Of a DNA stretch of 52,171 nt, positions 9,110 to 18,500 are shown one piece after another (the first letter of the stretch is position 1; every line of letters starts with the position of its first letter). Origin of the DNA: an uncultured Oligoflexus sp. (GTDB lineage: Bacteria; Bdellovibrionota_B; Oligoflexia; Oligoflexales; Oligoflexaceae); contig CAXSGP010000022.1 of NCBI GenBank assembly GCA_964236955.1, positions 1 through 52,171 of the forward strand, in the 5' to 3' direction. A program made the translations under genes and the position numbers. The notes beneath the pieces were generated by a model. It was not told the DNA's origin. It searched no databases and saw nothing but the letters and a program-made list of their open reading frames with translations.

Positions 9110-12100
9110 TTGCGGCGCATAACTGACGATACCCAGGTCTGGAACGATCTTATCGTAGAAGGGCCCATGGCTATCGTAAAAGCAGTCTCTTACAATCCAA
9201 GACGCTGGTCCGCTTTCATCAGGAAGACGATGACGGCTGCTGTGCATCTGCAGACGCTGACACCCCAGGTTTGGCAATATGCGCTAGAGCATGATTGCAC
9301 TGAGGCCGAGCTTAAGGCCGCCCTTACGTGGTGGATGACGACTGACCTTCGGCTCGCCATGAGTCTTACTCCGGAGGGAAAGGCGATATGCATCCACGAC
9401 AACCCCGTACCCTCACTCGCGTTCTGTGTCGATGCACCCGTATGGCCAACAGATTCTGCCAGTCCATTTCTCTGGCACCTGGGCTATAAAAAAACCGGCG
9501 CCAGCATTGAGAAAGTTTGGCTCCTTTTTCGCGGCCCCCTGGGTGCGGATTCGCAGCTGGCTGCGGCCCTCTTTCAAAGAATAAAAAATAACAGTGCTAT
9601 CGTCTGGCCATCGCTACCCATCGGTGACGAGCCCGTCCAGGCGCAAAGCGCTCAGCAACCGTTTCTCGCTCCTTTCGAGCCCACTGTATTAAGAGTCTGT
9701 GATGAACACACTTGGCAGGATCTCATCCATCATCTCCCAGGCACGCATCCCCTGCTGTTAGCCGGCGCGCTTCTCATTCAAAGTCTAAGAGCCCTGAGCC
9801 CTGCCTTGACCGAGGGCATACTATTTGAAACCTTTGCTCCCAATGAACTCGGACCAAGATATGCATTTTTAGGCTCAAAGGCAGGAGAAAATGCCAGCGT
9901 AGAGGATATTCTTGCCACTCTTGAACTCAACGCGATCGATTTTCCGAGCCATAAGCAATGGGCTGTCATCTCCTTTGCTGCCGGTCGCGAAGTCGAATCG
10001 CAGTTGGCGACAGACGATTTTCTTGTGCGATGGACTATAGGTCCAAGCGGATATCCTGAGCAGTTCTATCATCGGAGCGGAGATGAAGGCAACCGTCTCT
10101 GCCGAGTATTGCAACTGATTATCCAAGCGATTCCCTTCGGCAAAAAACCCGACTTCTTAGGCGAAGCCCTGGCTTTCTTTAACACTCACAATCAAACCGC
10201 CCGCGCCTATAATCTCGATCGATCCCTATTGGAACTCGTGGAGGAATCATTCCGGGTCAATGAGAACCGAATTGCGCTCGTCTGCTCGCTTGCAAGCTTC
10301 ACCTATGGAGAAATCGATAGGGCTTCCGATGCTCTGGCCCGGCACCTGGAAGGTCTGGGCTATGGCCCTGGCGATCTGATAGGGCTTGGCTTACCGCGCG
10401 ACGAAACTATGCTCATAGCCTTGTTTGCCGTCCTTAAATGCGGGGCCGGCTATGTTCCGCTCGATCCCTCGTTCCCAGCTGATCGCATTCGCTATATGGC
10501 GAAAGATGCCAAAATCAAAGCTTGTCTGTGTGACGAACTGGTCTTTAATCTGACTCAGGATATCACCCAGTGCATCGCTCTCGATGAAATAAAAAAACTC
10601 AGCAGCCGCCTCTATAACACACGCTACGCTCCTAAGCGCATAGCTGCGGAAAGTATAGCCTATGTAATCTATACCTCGGGTTCAACTGGAATGCCCAAAG
10701 GGGTGATGCTCAGCCATCGCTCGGTCGTAAATTTCATCCTGAGCATGGCCGAAGCGCCCGGCATGAAGGCTGGCGACAAAATTCTTGGAGTCACAACCCT
10801 ATCCTTTGATATTGCCGTATTGGAGCTGTTTCTGCCTCTGTACACCGGAGCGACACTGGTCCTCGCGAGCGCCGACGAAGCGAAGGATGGCCCCAAGCTA
10901 AGCGCGTTATTGAAAGACCACGCCATCACTCATTTTCAGGCTACAGCCTCTACCTATCGCCTCGTGCTCGACGGTGGTTTCAATGGACGCTTGAAAAAAG
11001 CGCTCTGCGGAGGCGAGGCCTTTCCCCTTGATATCGCAAGACGTCTAAAGCCAATAGCCAGCGAAATCTGGAACATGTATGGTCCAACCGAAACCACCGT
11101 GTGGAGCACGATCCACCGCTTGGACGGCAGCGAGGCGATGATCCCAGTCGGCCGGCCCATTGCCAACACAATCGTGGCTATTCTCGATGAAAGTCTTCAG
11201 CCTTTGCTGCCAGGCAATAAGGGCGAAATTTATATCGGTGGGTCCGGGTTGGCCTTGGGTTATCTCGGGCGACCTGATCTTACTCAGGACCGTTTCTTTT
11301 TCGCTCCTGCTCTCAACCAGATGGTCTACAAAACCGGCGATATCGGTTCCTGCAGAGCTGACGGTACTCTTGAAATATCGGGTCGAAGCGATGGACAAAT
11401 AAAACTTCGCGGCTATCGCATGGAATTGGGCGAAATTGAAGCCGTCATGGGCCAGGCGGCTAACATTGCCGTGGCTATTGCCATGGTCAAAGAGTTTGCT
11501 CCTGATGACAAAAGACTTATTGCCTATCTCCAGATCAAAAGCGGCGCAAAGTGGAACGAAAGGGAATTCAGACAGAATTTACGCTCGTCATTGCCTATTT
11601 ATATGGTTCCTCAGCACTTCGTGATCCTCGATTATTTACCACTTTTACCCAACGGTAAGATCGATAGAAAAGCTTTGCCGCATCCTCAACCGAGCAGTCT
11701 AGAGCTCGAAATGCAAAATTCCACACGGCTAGCCCTGACCACTTCGCAGTCGCGCATGCTTTTTGTCGAAGCCCTCGATCCAAACTCCCATGTCCACAAC
11801 CTCATCGGTGCGTGGCATTTTATCGAAGCTTTCCATGAAATCGCCTTCAAACAGGCACTTTTTATCGTCGTTAAAGAGCAAGAGGCGCTTCGCATGAGCA
11901 TCAGAGTTCAGGGTGGGCATCCGGAAATTCTGCTGAATGATGCATTTTTACCCCTAGTCGAGCGCTGCAGCCTTTTCTCGAAGGAAGCCGCCAAATCATT
12001 TATCGAAGCTCAAAGCAAAAGCCCTTTGAGCTTGGCCCAGGGCCAGAATTTTCGGATTGGTATCATCGACCTCCCGGCCGCGGAACGTATCGTCTATCTC

Positions 12101-14800
12101 ATCACCCATCATATTTTTTGGGATGGCTTTTCCTTTGGCGTGTTCTGGAAGTCGATGCAGGATCACTATCAGAAGGCGCTGTCATGGGGTCTCCCTAGAG
12201 TTAGACCCATGGCCTATCGCTATTCCCACTATACCCAGGCCAAAAGCCGGCATACAGCTTATCCGCCTGATCTGCTGCGCTACTGGAAAGATCAATTCAC
12301 GCCGTTGCCCGAGCCCCTGGAACTTGCCTATGATTTTCCAAGGCCTCAGGAGTTGACCCATGCGGCTCATTCGGTGGCTATGGCTTGGGATTCTAGCCTG
12401 GATTCCTCGCTCGTTGATTTTTCCCGATCCAAACGCGTCACTCCCTATCACGTTCTGCTCAGCGTCTATTTCATACTCCTGCACAGGCTGAGTCGTCAGG
12501 ACGATATTGTGATCGGCACGCCGGTTTTGGGCCGACATTCCGAAGAGGTTTTTGGATTGCTTGGAAACTTTATAAATGCCGTTGCCCTGCGTCATCACTT
12601 TGGAGAAGCGGTCAGCTTCGATGATTGCCTCCTGCAGATCCGCACCCTCGCTCAGGAATCGCTCAGTCGATCGGAGTACCCGATCGAGACCCTCATTGCC
12701 GATCTCAACCTGCCCCGCGATTCGAGCCGGACGCCCCTTTATAATTGTATGTTTTTCTTCCAGGACCATTCGAGTGATAAGGCCATGTTTGCCACAAGGC
12801 CTTTAGAGCCTTTCTCGGTCGAGAGTCAGACCGTCGATAGTGATCTCGTCTTTTGGGTCGAGCGTCACAGCAGCAAGTGTCAGGCCGGATTCAATTTTAG
12901 AAAAGACCTGTGGCAAATTCCCACAATGGAGGCTATGGCCCAGGCCTATACCTCGCTCCTCAAAGGTTTTATCGCCAATCCTTCTCTCAAAATAGATGAA
13001 CCGGCGCTCGCCGTACTGCCGCTGGTGATCCAAGCAACTATTCCGGCACCAGTGCACCTTAACCTATGGAATTGGCTGAAGGAAACCAGCCAAACTTCGC
13101 CGCAGCGCATCGCCGTGCGGACCTTAGATGGCAAAGGCCTGACCTATGGCCAGGTCTTTGACCGCAGCGAAAGAATTGCCGCCTATCTCTATAGCAAAGG
13201 CGTAAGGGCCGGTGAGGTCGTCGGGATATCGCTGGGTCGAACCCAAGACCTCATTCCCTCTCTTTGGGCTATACTTTCGCTGGGAGCCAGCTATCTTCCG
13301 CTTGATCCGCAGTATCCAAGCGATCGACTGCAGTTTATGGCTGTCGATGCCCAAGCCAGAGTCATCATTACCGAAATGGAATTTGCAGGGGCTTTCCGCA
13401 GCATTCCCATTCTGACCATAAGTATCGACCGGGATCGTAAGGAGATACAGGATGCACCGGCGATTGCGGTTCCTCAAATCGCTAGGCCGGAAGATCTTGC
13501 CTATATTATCTATACCTCTGGTTCAACAGGCCGGCCTAAGGGCGTAGAAATCAGCCACGGTGCGGCTTGCTACTTTTTAAACGCCATCAGCAGGCAATTA
13601 AGCCTTAAGAGCTCCATCAAAACTCTGGGCATCACAACCATCTCCTTTGACATTTCGGTTCTCGAAATCTTTGCAACGCTGGTAAATGGCGGCGAGCTCA
13701 TACTGGTCGATCAGGAAAGCGTGATCGACGGCAATATATTGGCCAAGGCTATCGATAAATTTGGCGTCAATCTTCTGCAGGCCACGCCTGCGACGTGGCG
13801 CCTTCTGCTCGACTCGGGCTGGCAAGGTCGATCCGATCTTACCGGGCTCTGTGGTGGCGAGGCATTGCCAAAAGATTTGGCGCGCAGTCTAGAGCCGATG
13901 CTTGCCGAGCTTTGGAACGTCTATGGTCCCACCGAGGCCACAGTCTGGGCGACCGCAGATCGAGTCACCGATGGAGAGACCATCACGATCGGCAAAGCAT
14001 TACCCTACTACGAGACCTATGTTCTCGATAAAAATCGAAAGCCTCTGCCTCAGGGCGCCATCGGCGATCTCTATCTCGGTGGACCTGCACTCGCCCGGGG
14101 CTATCGATTTCGCCCTGATCTCACCGAAGAACGGTTTCTTCCGCACCCGAGGGTCCCGGGCCAACGCATCTACGACACCGGTGACCTCGCTCGTATCCGC
14201 GCTGATGGGAAGATTGAATATATAAGCCGAAGGGATAACCAGGTCAAACTCCGTGGCTTTCGCATTGAACTCGGCGAGATTGAAGCCAGCATGATGCTTC
14301 ATCCTGATCTCAAACAGGCGGTTTGCCTGGTCTATGAGGCAAGCCCGGGCGATAATCGATTACTGGCCTATGCAACGATCCGCGTCGGCAAAACTATGGA
14401 TATCCCGCAACTCCATAGCCATCTCCGGGCCTATTTGCCCAACTATATGCTGCCGGGCCATCTCATCCTTCTTGATACCTTTCCCCTCACGCCGAGCGGC
14501 AAGATCGACAAGAAGGCTTTGCCGAAACCCTCGGAGTCAAAGACTCAGGCTGCAAGGGGGAAAATTCAGAACGTGACGGCGTGTGAGGCAAAAGTTATCG
14601 AAATCTTCAAGTCAATACTGGGCCATTCCGAGATCAACAAAGAAGATAACTTCTTTGAGGCCGGCGGCCATTCGCTCTTGGCCCTTAGCCTTATCCATAA
14701 ACTGGAATCTGAACTTGGTCTCACCCTTAAGATTCGGGATCTCCTCCTCCTGAGCGTGACCCAGATCGCCTATAAGATCGACCATCGAGGTGCCTCATGA
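9110..14800 (+). CDS. Non-ribosomal peptide synthetase, architecture [unrecognised N-terminal domain]-A-C-A-PCP
   Basis: Two A domains (YTSGSTG.PKG, YGPTE, Y.TGD, KLRG.R.ELGEIE, GKID..ALP); C domain with HHIFWDG; single PCP FFEAGGHSLL at the C-terminus. Start codon uncertain (TTG 9110 or ATG 9167). Confidence 0.93.
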   Translation: MRRITDDTQVWNDLIVEGPMAIVKAVSYNPRRWSAFIRKTMTAAVHLQTLTPQVWQYALEHDCTEAELKAALTWWMTTDLRLAMSLTPEGKAICIHDNPVPSLAFCVDAPVWPTDSASPFLWHLGYKKTGASIEKVWLLFRGPLGADSQLAAALFQRIKNNSAIVWPSLPIGDEPVQAQSAQQPFLAPFEPTVLRVCDEHTWQDLIHHLPGTHPLLLAGALLIQSLRALSPALTEGILFETFAPNELGPRYAFLGSKAGENASVEDILATLELNAIDFPSHKQWAVISFAAGREVESQLATDDFLVRWTIGPSGYPEQFYHRSGDEGNRLCRVLQLIIQAIPFGKKPDFLGEALAFFNTHNQTARAYNLDRSLLELVEESFRVNENRIALVCSLASFTYGEIDRASDALARHLEGLGYGPGDLIGLGLPRDETMLIALFAVLKCGAGYVPLDPSFPADRIRYMAKDAKIKACLCDELVFNLTQDITQCIALDEIKKLSSRLYNTRYAPKRIAAESIAYVIYTSGSTGMPKGVMLSHRSVVNFILSMAEAPGMKAGDKILGVTTLSFDIAVLELFLPLYTGATLVLASADEAKDGPKLSALLKDHAITHFQATASTYRLVLDGGFNGRLKKALCGGEAFPLDIARRLKPIASEIWNMYGPTETTVWSTIHRLDGSEAMIPVGRPIANTIVAILDESLQPLLPGNKGEIYIGGSGLALGYLGRPDLTQDRFFFAPALNQMVYKTGDIGSCRADGTLEISGRSDGQIKLRGYRMELGEIEAVMGQAANIAVAIAMVKEFAPDDKRLIAYLQIKSGAKWNEREFRQNLRSSLPIYMVPQHFVILDYLPLLPNGKIDRKALPHPQPSSLELEMQNSTRLALTTSQSRMLFVEALDPNSHVHNLIGAWHFIEAFHEIAFKQALFIVVKEQEALRMSIRVQGGHPEILLNDAFLPLVERCSLFSKEAAKSFIEAQSKSPLSLAQGQNFRIGIIDLPAAERIVYLITHHIFWDGFSFGVFWKSMQDHYQKALSWGLPRVRPMAYRYSHYTQAKSRHTAYPPDLLRYWKDQFTPLPEPLELAYDFPRPQELTHAAHSVAMAWDSSLDSSLVDFSRSKRVTPYHVLLSVYFILLHRLSRQDDIVIGTPVLGRHSEEVFGLLGNFINAVALRHHFGEAVSFDDCLLQIRTLAQESLSRSEYPIETLIADLNLPRDSSRTPLYNCMFFFQDHSSDKAMFATRPLEPFSVESQTVDSDLVFWVERHSSKCQAGFNFRKDLWQIPTMEAMAQAYTSLLKGFIANPSLKIDEPALAVLPLVIQATIPAPVHLNLWNWLKETSQTSPQRIAVRTLDGKGLTYGQVFDRSERIAAYLYSKGVRAGEVVGISLGRTQDLIPSLWAILSLGASYLPLDPQYPSDRLQFMAVDAQARVIITEMEFAGAFRSIPILTISIDRDRKEIQDAPAIAVPQIARPEDLAYIIYTSGSTGRPKGVEISHGAACYFLNAISRQLSLKSSIKTLGITTISFDISVLEIFATLVNGGELILVDQESVIDGNILAKAIDKFGVNLLQATPATWRLLLDSGWQGRSDLTGLCGGEALPKDLARSLEPMLAELWNVYGPTEATVWATADRVTDGETITIGKALPYYETYVLDKNRKPLPQGAIGDLYLGGPALARGYRFRPDLTEERFLPHPRVPGQRIYDTGDLARIRADGKIEYISRRDNQVKLRGFRIELGEIEASMMLHPDLKQAVCLVYEASPGDNRLLAYATIRVGKTMDIPQLHSHLRAYLPNYMLPGHLILLDTFPLTPSGKIDKKALPKPSESKTQAARGKIQNVTACEAKVIEIFKSILGHSEINKEDNFFEAGGHSLLALSLIHKLESELGLTLKIRDLLLLSVTQIAYKIDHRGAS

Positions 14801-15570
14801 TGGAGCCTTCCTTCCTTGCCTTTCAGGATCAGAAGATTTTCACAGTCCTTCACCCCGCAGCAAGTCTTGAGGAAGGGTTCGTCTTTTGTTACCCCGCGCC
14901 CCAGGACATGCTGAGAGCACACCCCTCGCAGGTAAGCCTTGCGAAGAAACTGCAGAGCCTTGGCTTTCCTGTCCTACGATTTGATTATTCGGGAACTGGA
15001 GATTCCAGTGGCAGTATCCAGACCATCTCCCGCTGGAAGGATGAAACTCTCGCCGTTGTACAGGATTTCAAAAGGCGCACCGGCGTTGAAAAAATCAGTT
15101 TGCTTGGCACCAGACTGGGCGGCAGCATTGCAATACTGGCGAGTCAGGAGCAAGGGTTTAAGAGGCTACTCCTGTGGGATCCCATCGCCGATGGATCCGA
15201 TCTCCTAAAGAGTTATCGGGCCGCCCACCATCGCCTCCTCCACCGGGTTCCTGACGAGGCTCCCTATCCTCAAAATCAAAAATACTCCGATCAAAGTTGC
15301 GGGTATCCCTGGCCCAAATCGATGCAGCAGGAGATCGGCCGCATCAACCCTTCACAGCTCCATACCTACTGTAAAAGAATACAGATCGTGGCGAGCGAAA
15401 GTAACAACCCCCTTAATTCTCTCATTGATCGATGGCGGAGTGAAGACAGGGTCGTTGTCAGTAAGCAGCCCGGGGAGGATTTGAAGTGGGGCCATGATCT
15501 CTACATGACCCACAGGCTCTTTGCTCCAAGCAGCCTCCGTATCCTATCGCTTTTTGCTGGGGAAGGTTGA
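14797..15570 (+). CDS. Alpha/beta-hydrolase-fold protein (resembles exosortase-associated hydrolase 2 type)
   Basis: LRFDYSGTGDS, LLGTRLGG elbow without Ser, LWDPI.DG; ATGA overlap with the NRPS stop. Confidence 0.8.
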   Translation: MMEPSFLAFQDQKIFTVLHPAASLEEGFVFCYPAPQDMLRAHPSQVSLAKKLQSLGFPVLRFDYSGTGDSSGSIQTISRWKDETLAVVQDFKRRTGVEKISLLGTRLGGSIAILASQEQGFKRLLLWDPIADGSDLLKSYRAAHHRLLHRVPDEAPYPQNQKYSDQSCGYPWPKSMQQEIGRINPSQLHTYCKRIQIVASESNNPLNSLIDRWRSEDRVVVSKQPGEDLKWGHDLYMTHRLFAPSSLRILSLFAGEG

Positions 15571-15571
15571 T

Positions 15572-18500
15572 ATGGAAGTCCTGACTTTTGGCCGTAAAAA
15601 ACATCTGATGGGTATTCTGCACAGGGCGCCTGCGAATAGCGTTGGCATCGTTATGTGGAATACTGGAATATCAAGCCGCACCGGATCCTTTCGGAGCAAT
15701 GTCGAAACTGCCGAAGCGTTGGTGAAGTTAGGCTATACGGTGTTTCGCTTTGATCTCTCAAAACTAGGCGATAGCGTCGATGCCGGAGAAAATCTTTCCT
15801 GGCAGGATAGAAATTCCCTTGATCTTCGAGATGCGCTTGATGCAGTCAACGCTCTGACCGGCATCACTGAATATGTTTTAGTCGGCCTCTGTTCGGGCGC
15901 CTTGGATTCCTACTATTTTGCTTTGAACGACACGCGCGTGCGTGGCGCCTTTATGATCGACAGCCTGGTTTTTCCCACCCTAAGACACCGGTTGACGTTT
16001 TTCGCCATGCGCCTTGCCAGCCCTTATCGCTGGAGCCGGCTGTTTAAAAAAATTCTAGGCAAATTTATCAATGTGCCCCGCGAGCTACTGCCTGAAGACC
16101 AATTTGAGTCAAATTATCCCACAGCAATAGAGGCCGCCAAAGGATTTGGGATTTTGATCGACCGCGGCATTCCCCTTCATTTGATTTACACCGGTGGTTT
16201 CACCCCGTTTTATTCCTATAGAACCCAGTTTTTTGCTATGCTTCCGGGTCTGAATTCCAAAGGTCGCGTGCAGGTCGAATATTGGCCCGATGTCGATCAT
16301 CTCTTCATGCTTCGGGAGGATCGCCAGAGATTTATCGCCAAACTCTCGACTTGGCTCGAGACGAATTACCCCGTCCGACCCCTCCTGACTGCTCCTGTAT
16401 ATGGCCATCCCCTGCTGACTTTGGCAGCTGCCGAGGGGATTGCCAATGATCCTGAAATTTTACCTCTTCCGGCACCTATTGCCCTTCCCACGGAAGGGAA
16501 AGCCAAGGACCCTACACCCGAAGTCGAGACGGAAAACCTTCGCCAGGTGCTGAGCGTCTTAAACAAAATCCTGGCTCCCACCGTCCTTGACGCTGATGAT
16601 AATTTTTTTGAATTTGGCGGAACATCGATTCTAGCGGTAAAAGCCGCAGCCGAATTGAGTCAAGTCCTTAAGGTCGATGTTCCGGTCGTCGCCTTCTACA
16701 CCTATCTGCAGCCGCGCCGCATCGCAAAGGCCATAGACGAGGGCACCTTCACATCAGGTCCTTCCGAGCGTGACGTCATCGGGTCCGCGACCCGGGTCGA
16801 TGACGCGATCGCTATCATTGGTATGGCCTGCAAGGTACCCGGCGCCCAAAATGTCAGCGAGTTTTGGGATATGATACTCAATGGTGGCGAAGGCCTAACG
16901 CACTGGACTCCAGAGGAACTGGATGGCTCGCTACCCGCCTCGCTTACCCGGTCCCCTAACTATGTCGCCAGTCGCGGCGTGATTGAAGGCGACCGCTTTG
17001 ATGCGCCCTTCTTTAAGATGTCGAAGAGGGAGGCGGGACTGCTCGATCCGCAGCAAAGGATACTCCTTGAAACCTGTTGGCAGGCGCTTGAGGATTCTGG
17101 GTATCTTGACCAACGCAGCACCCATAAAATTGCAGTCTATGCGGGGGTAGGCAGCAATACCTATCTCACTCGAAACCTTGCGCAGGGGCATTTTGAACCT
17201 CATTCCGAGGAGGAATATCTGGCCCTGATACTCAATGACAAAGATTATGTGGCGACGCGTATTGCCTTTGCCATGAATTTAAAAGGGCCAGCCATTTCCG
17301 TTCACACCGCCTGCTCAACCTCACTCGTCGCCGTGATCGAAGCCATTAAAGCCTTACAGTCCGGGCAAGCGGATATCGCCATTGCCGGAGCAGCGGCGGT
17401 CAATGCGCCGATGGCCAGCGGCCATCTCTATCAGGAGGGTGGCATCTTCAGCCGCGATGGCCATTGCCGGCCCTTTGACGCCGAAGCAAGTGGTACGGTC
17501 TTTTCCGATGGTTCTGCGGTAGTCGTTCTCAAGCCCCTGCTCAAAGCTATCGCCGACCAGGATCAGATCTATGCCGTCATCAAAGGCTGGGGTCTCAATA
17601 ATGATGGGTCGGATAAGAGCAGCTTCGCGGGCCCTAGTGTCATGGGTCAGGCCGAGGCGATTGGTCAGGCATTGGCAGTCGGCGCCATAGATCCTTCTAC
17701 AGTCGGTTATATCGAGTGTCATGGCACCGGCACACCGATCGGTGATCCCATTGAATTGGAAGGACTCAAACGCGCCTACGGCATGCTCAGGGCTGGCTTC
17801 TGTGCCATCGGTTCAAGCAAGGCTAACATTGGCCATCTGACGGCTGCCGCCGGCACCATCAGCCTTATCAAGGCAGCCCTGGCCATACAGCACGCAATCA
17901 AACCAGCCCTCACCCATTTTACCAAGGCGCATCCGAACATCCGTCTCGATCAATTGCCGTTCAGCTTTCCCAAACAAAATCTGGAGTGGAAAGGCCTTCG
18001 ACGGGCCGGAGTCAGCTCTTTTGGAGTCGGTGGCACCAATGCTCACGTCGTCCTGGAAGAAGCGCCAGAACGTGAAATCACCCGGCCTGCGCCCACACTT
18101 GATCCCTTTGTCACTCTTAGGTGGAGCACGATGACCCAAGCGAGCAGTCTCCTGCTTGCAACTCAACTGCGCTTGCCCAAAAACCTCGTGGATCTTTCCT
18201 ATACTCTCGCTATGAAGCGACCAATTTACCCATGGGTTCAAGCTGTTACAGGATTCGGCAGTCTTGATTTCAAGCTGGCGGCGCCCCCCCGGATGCTGGC
18301 CGCAAAAACCAAACTCGTCTTTTGCTTTCCCGGACAGGGTAGCCAATATCCAAGGATGGGCCTTGATTTGAGTGCAAGCTGGCCGCGCTTTGCCCAACAT
18401 TATAAAAATGCCCTGCAACATTTCAAAAATGAATTCGCGCTTGATCTCATGGATTCTCTCACTAACGAAAGCCTTCTCAATCAAACTCAATACACGCAGG

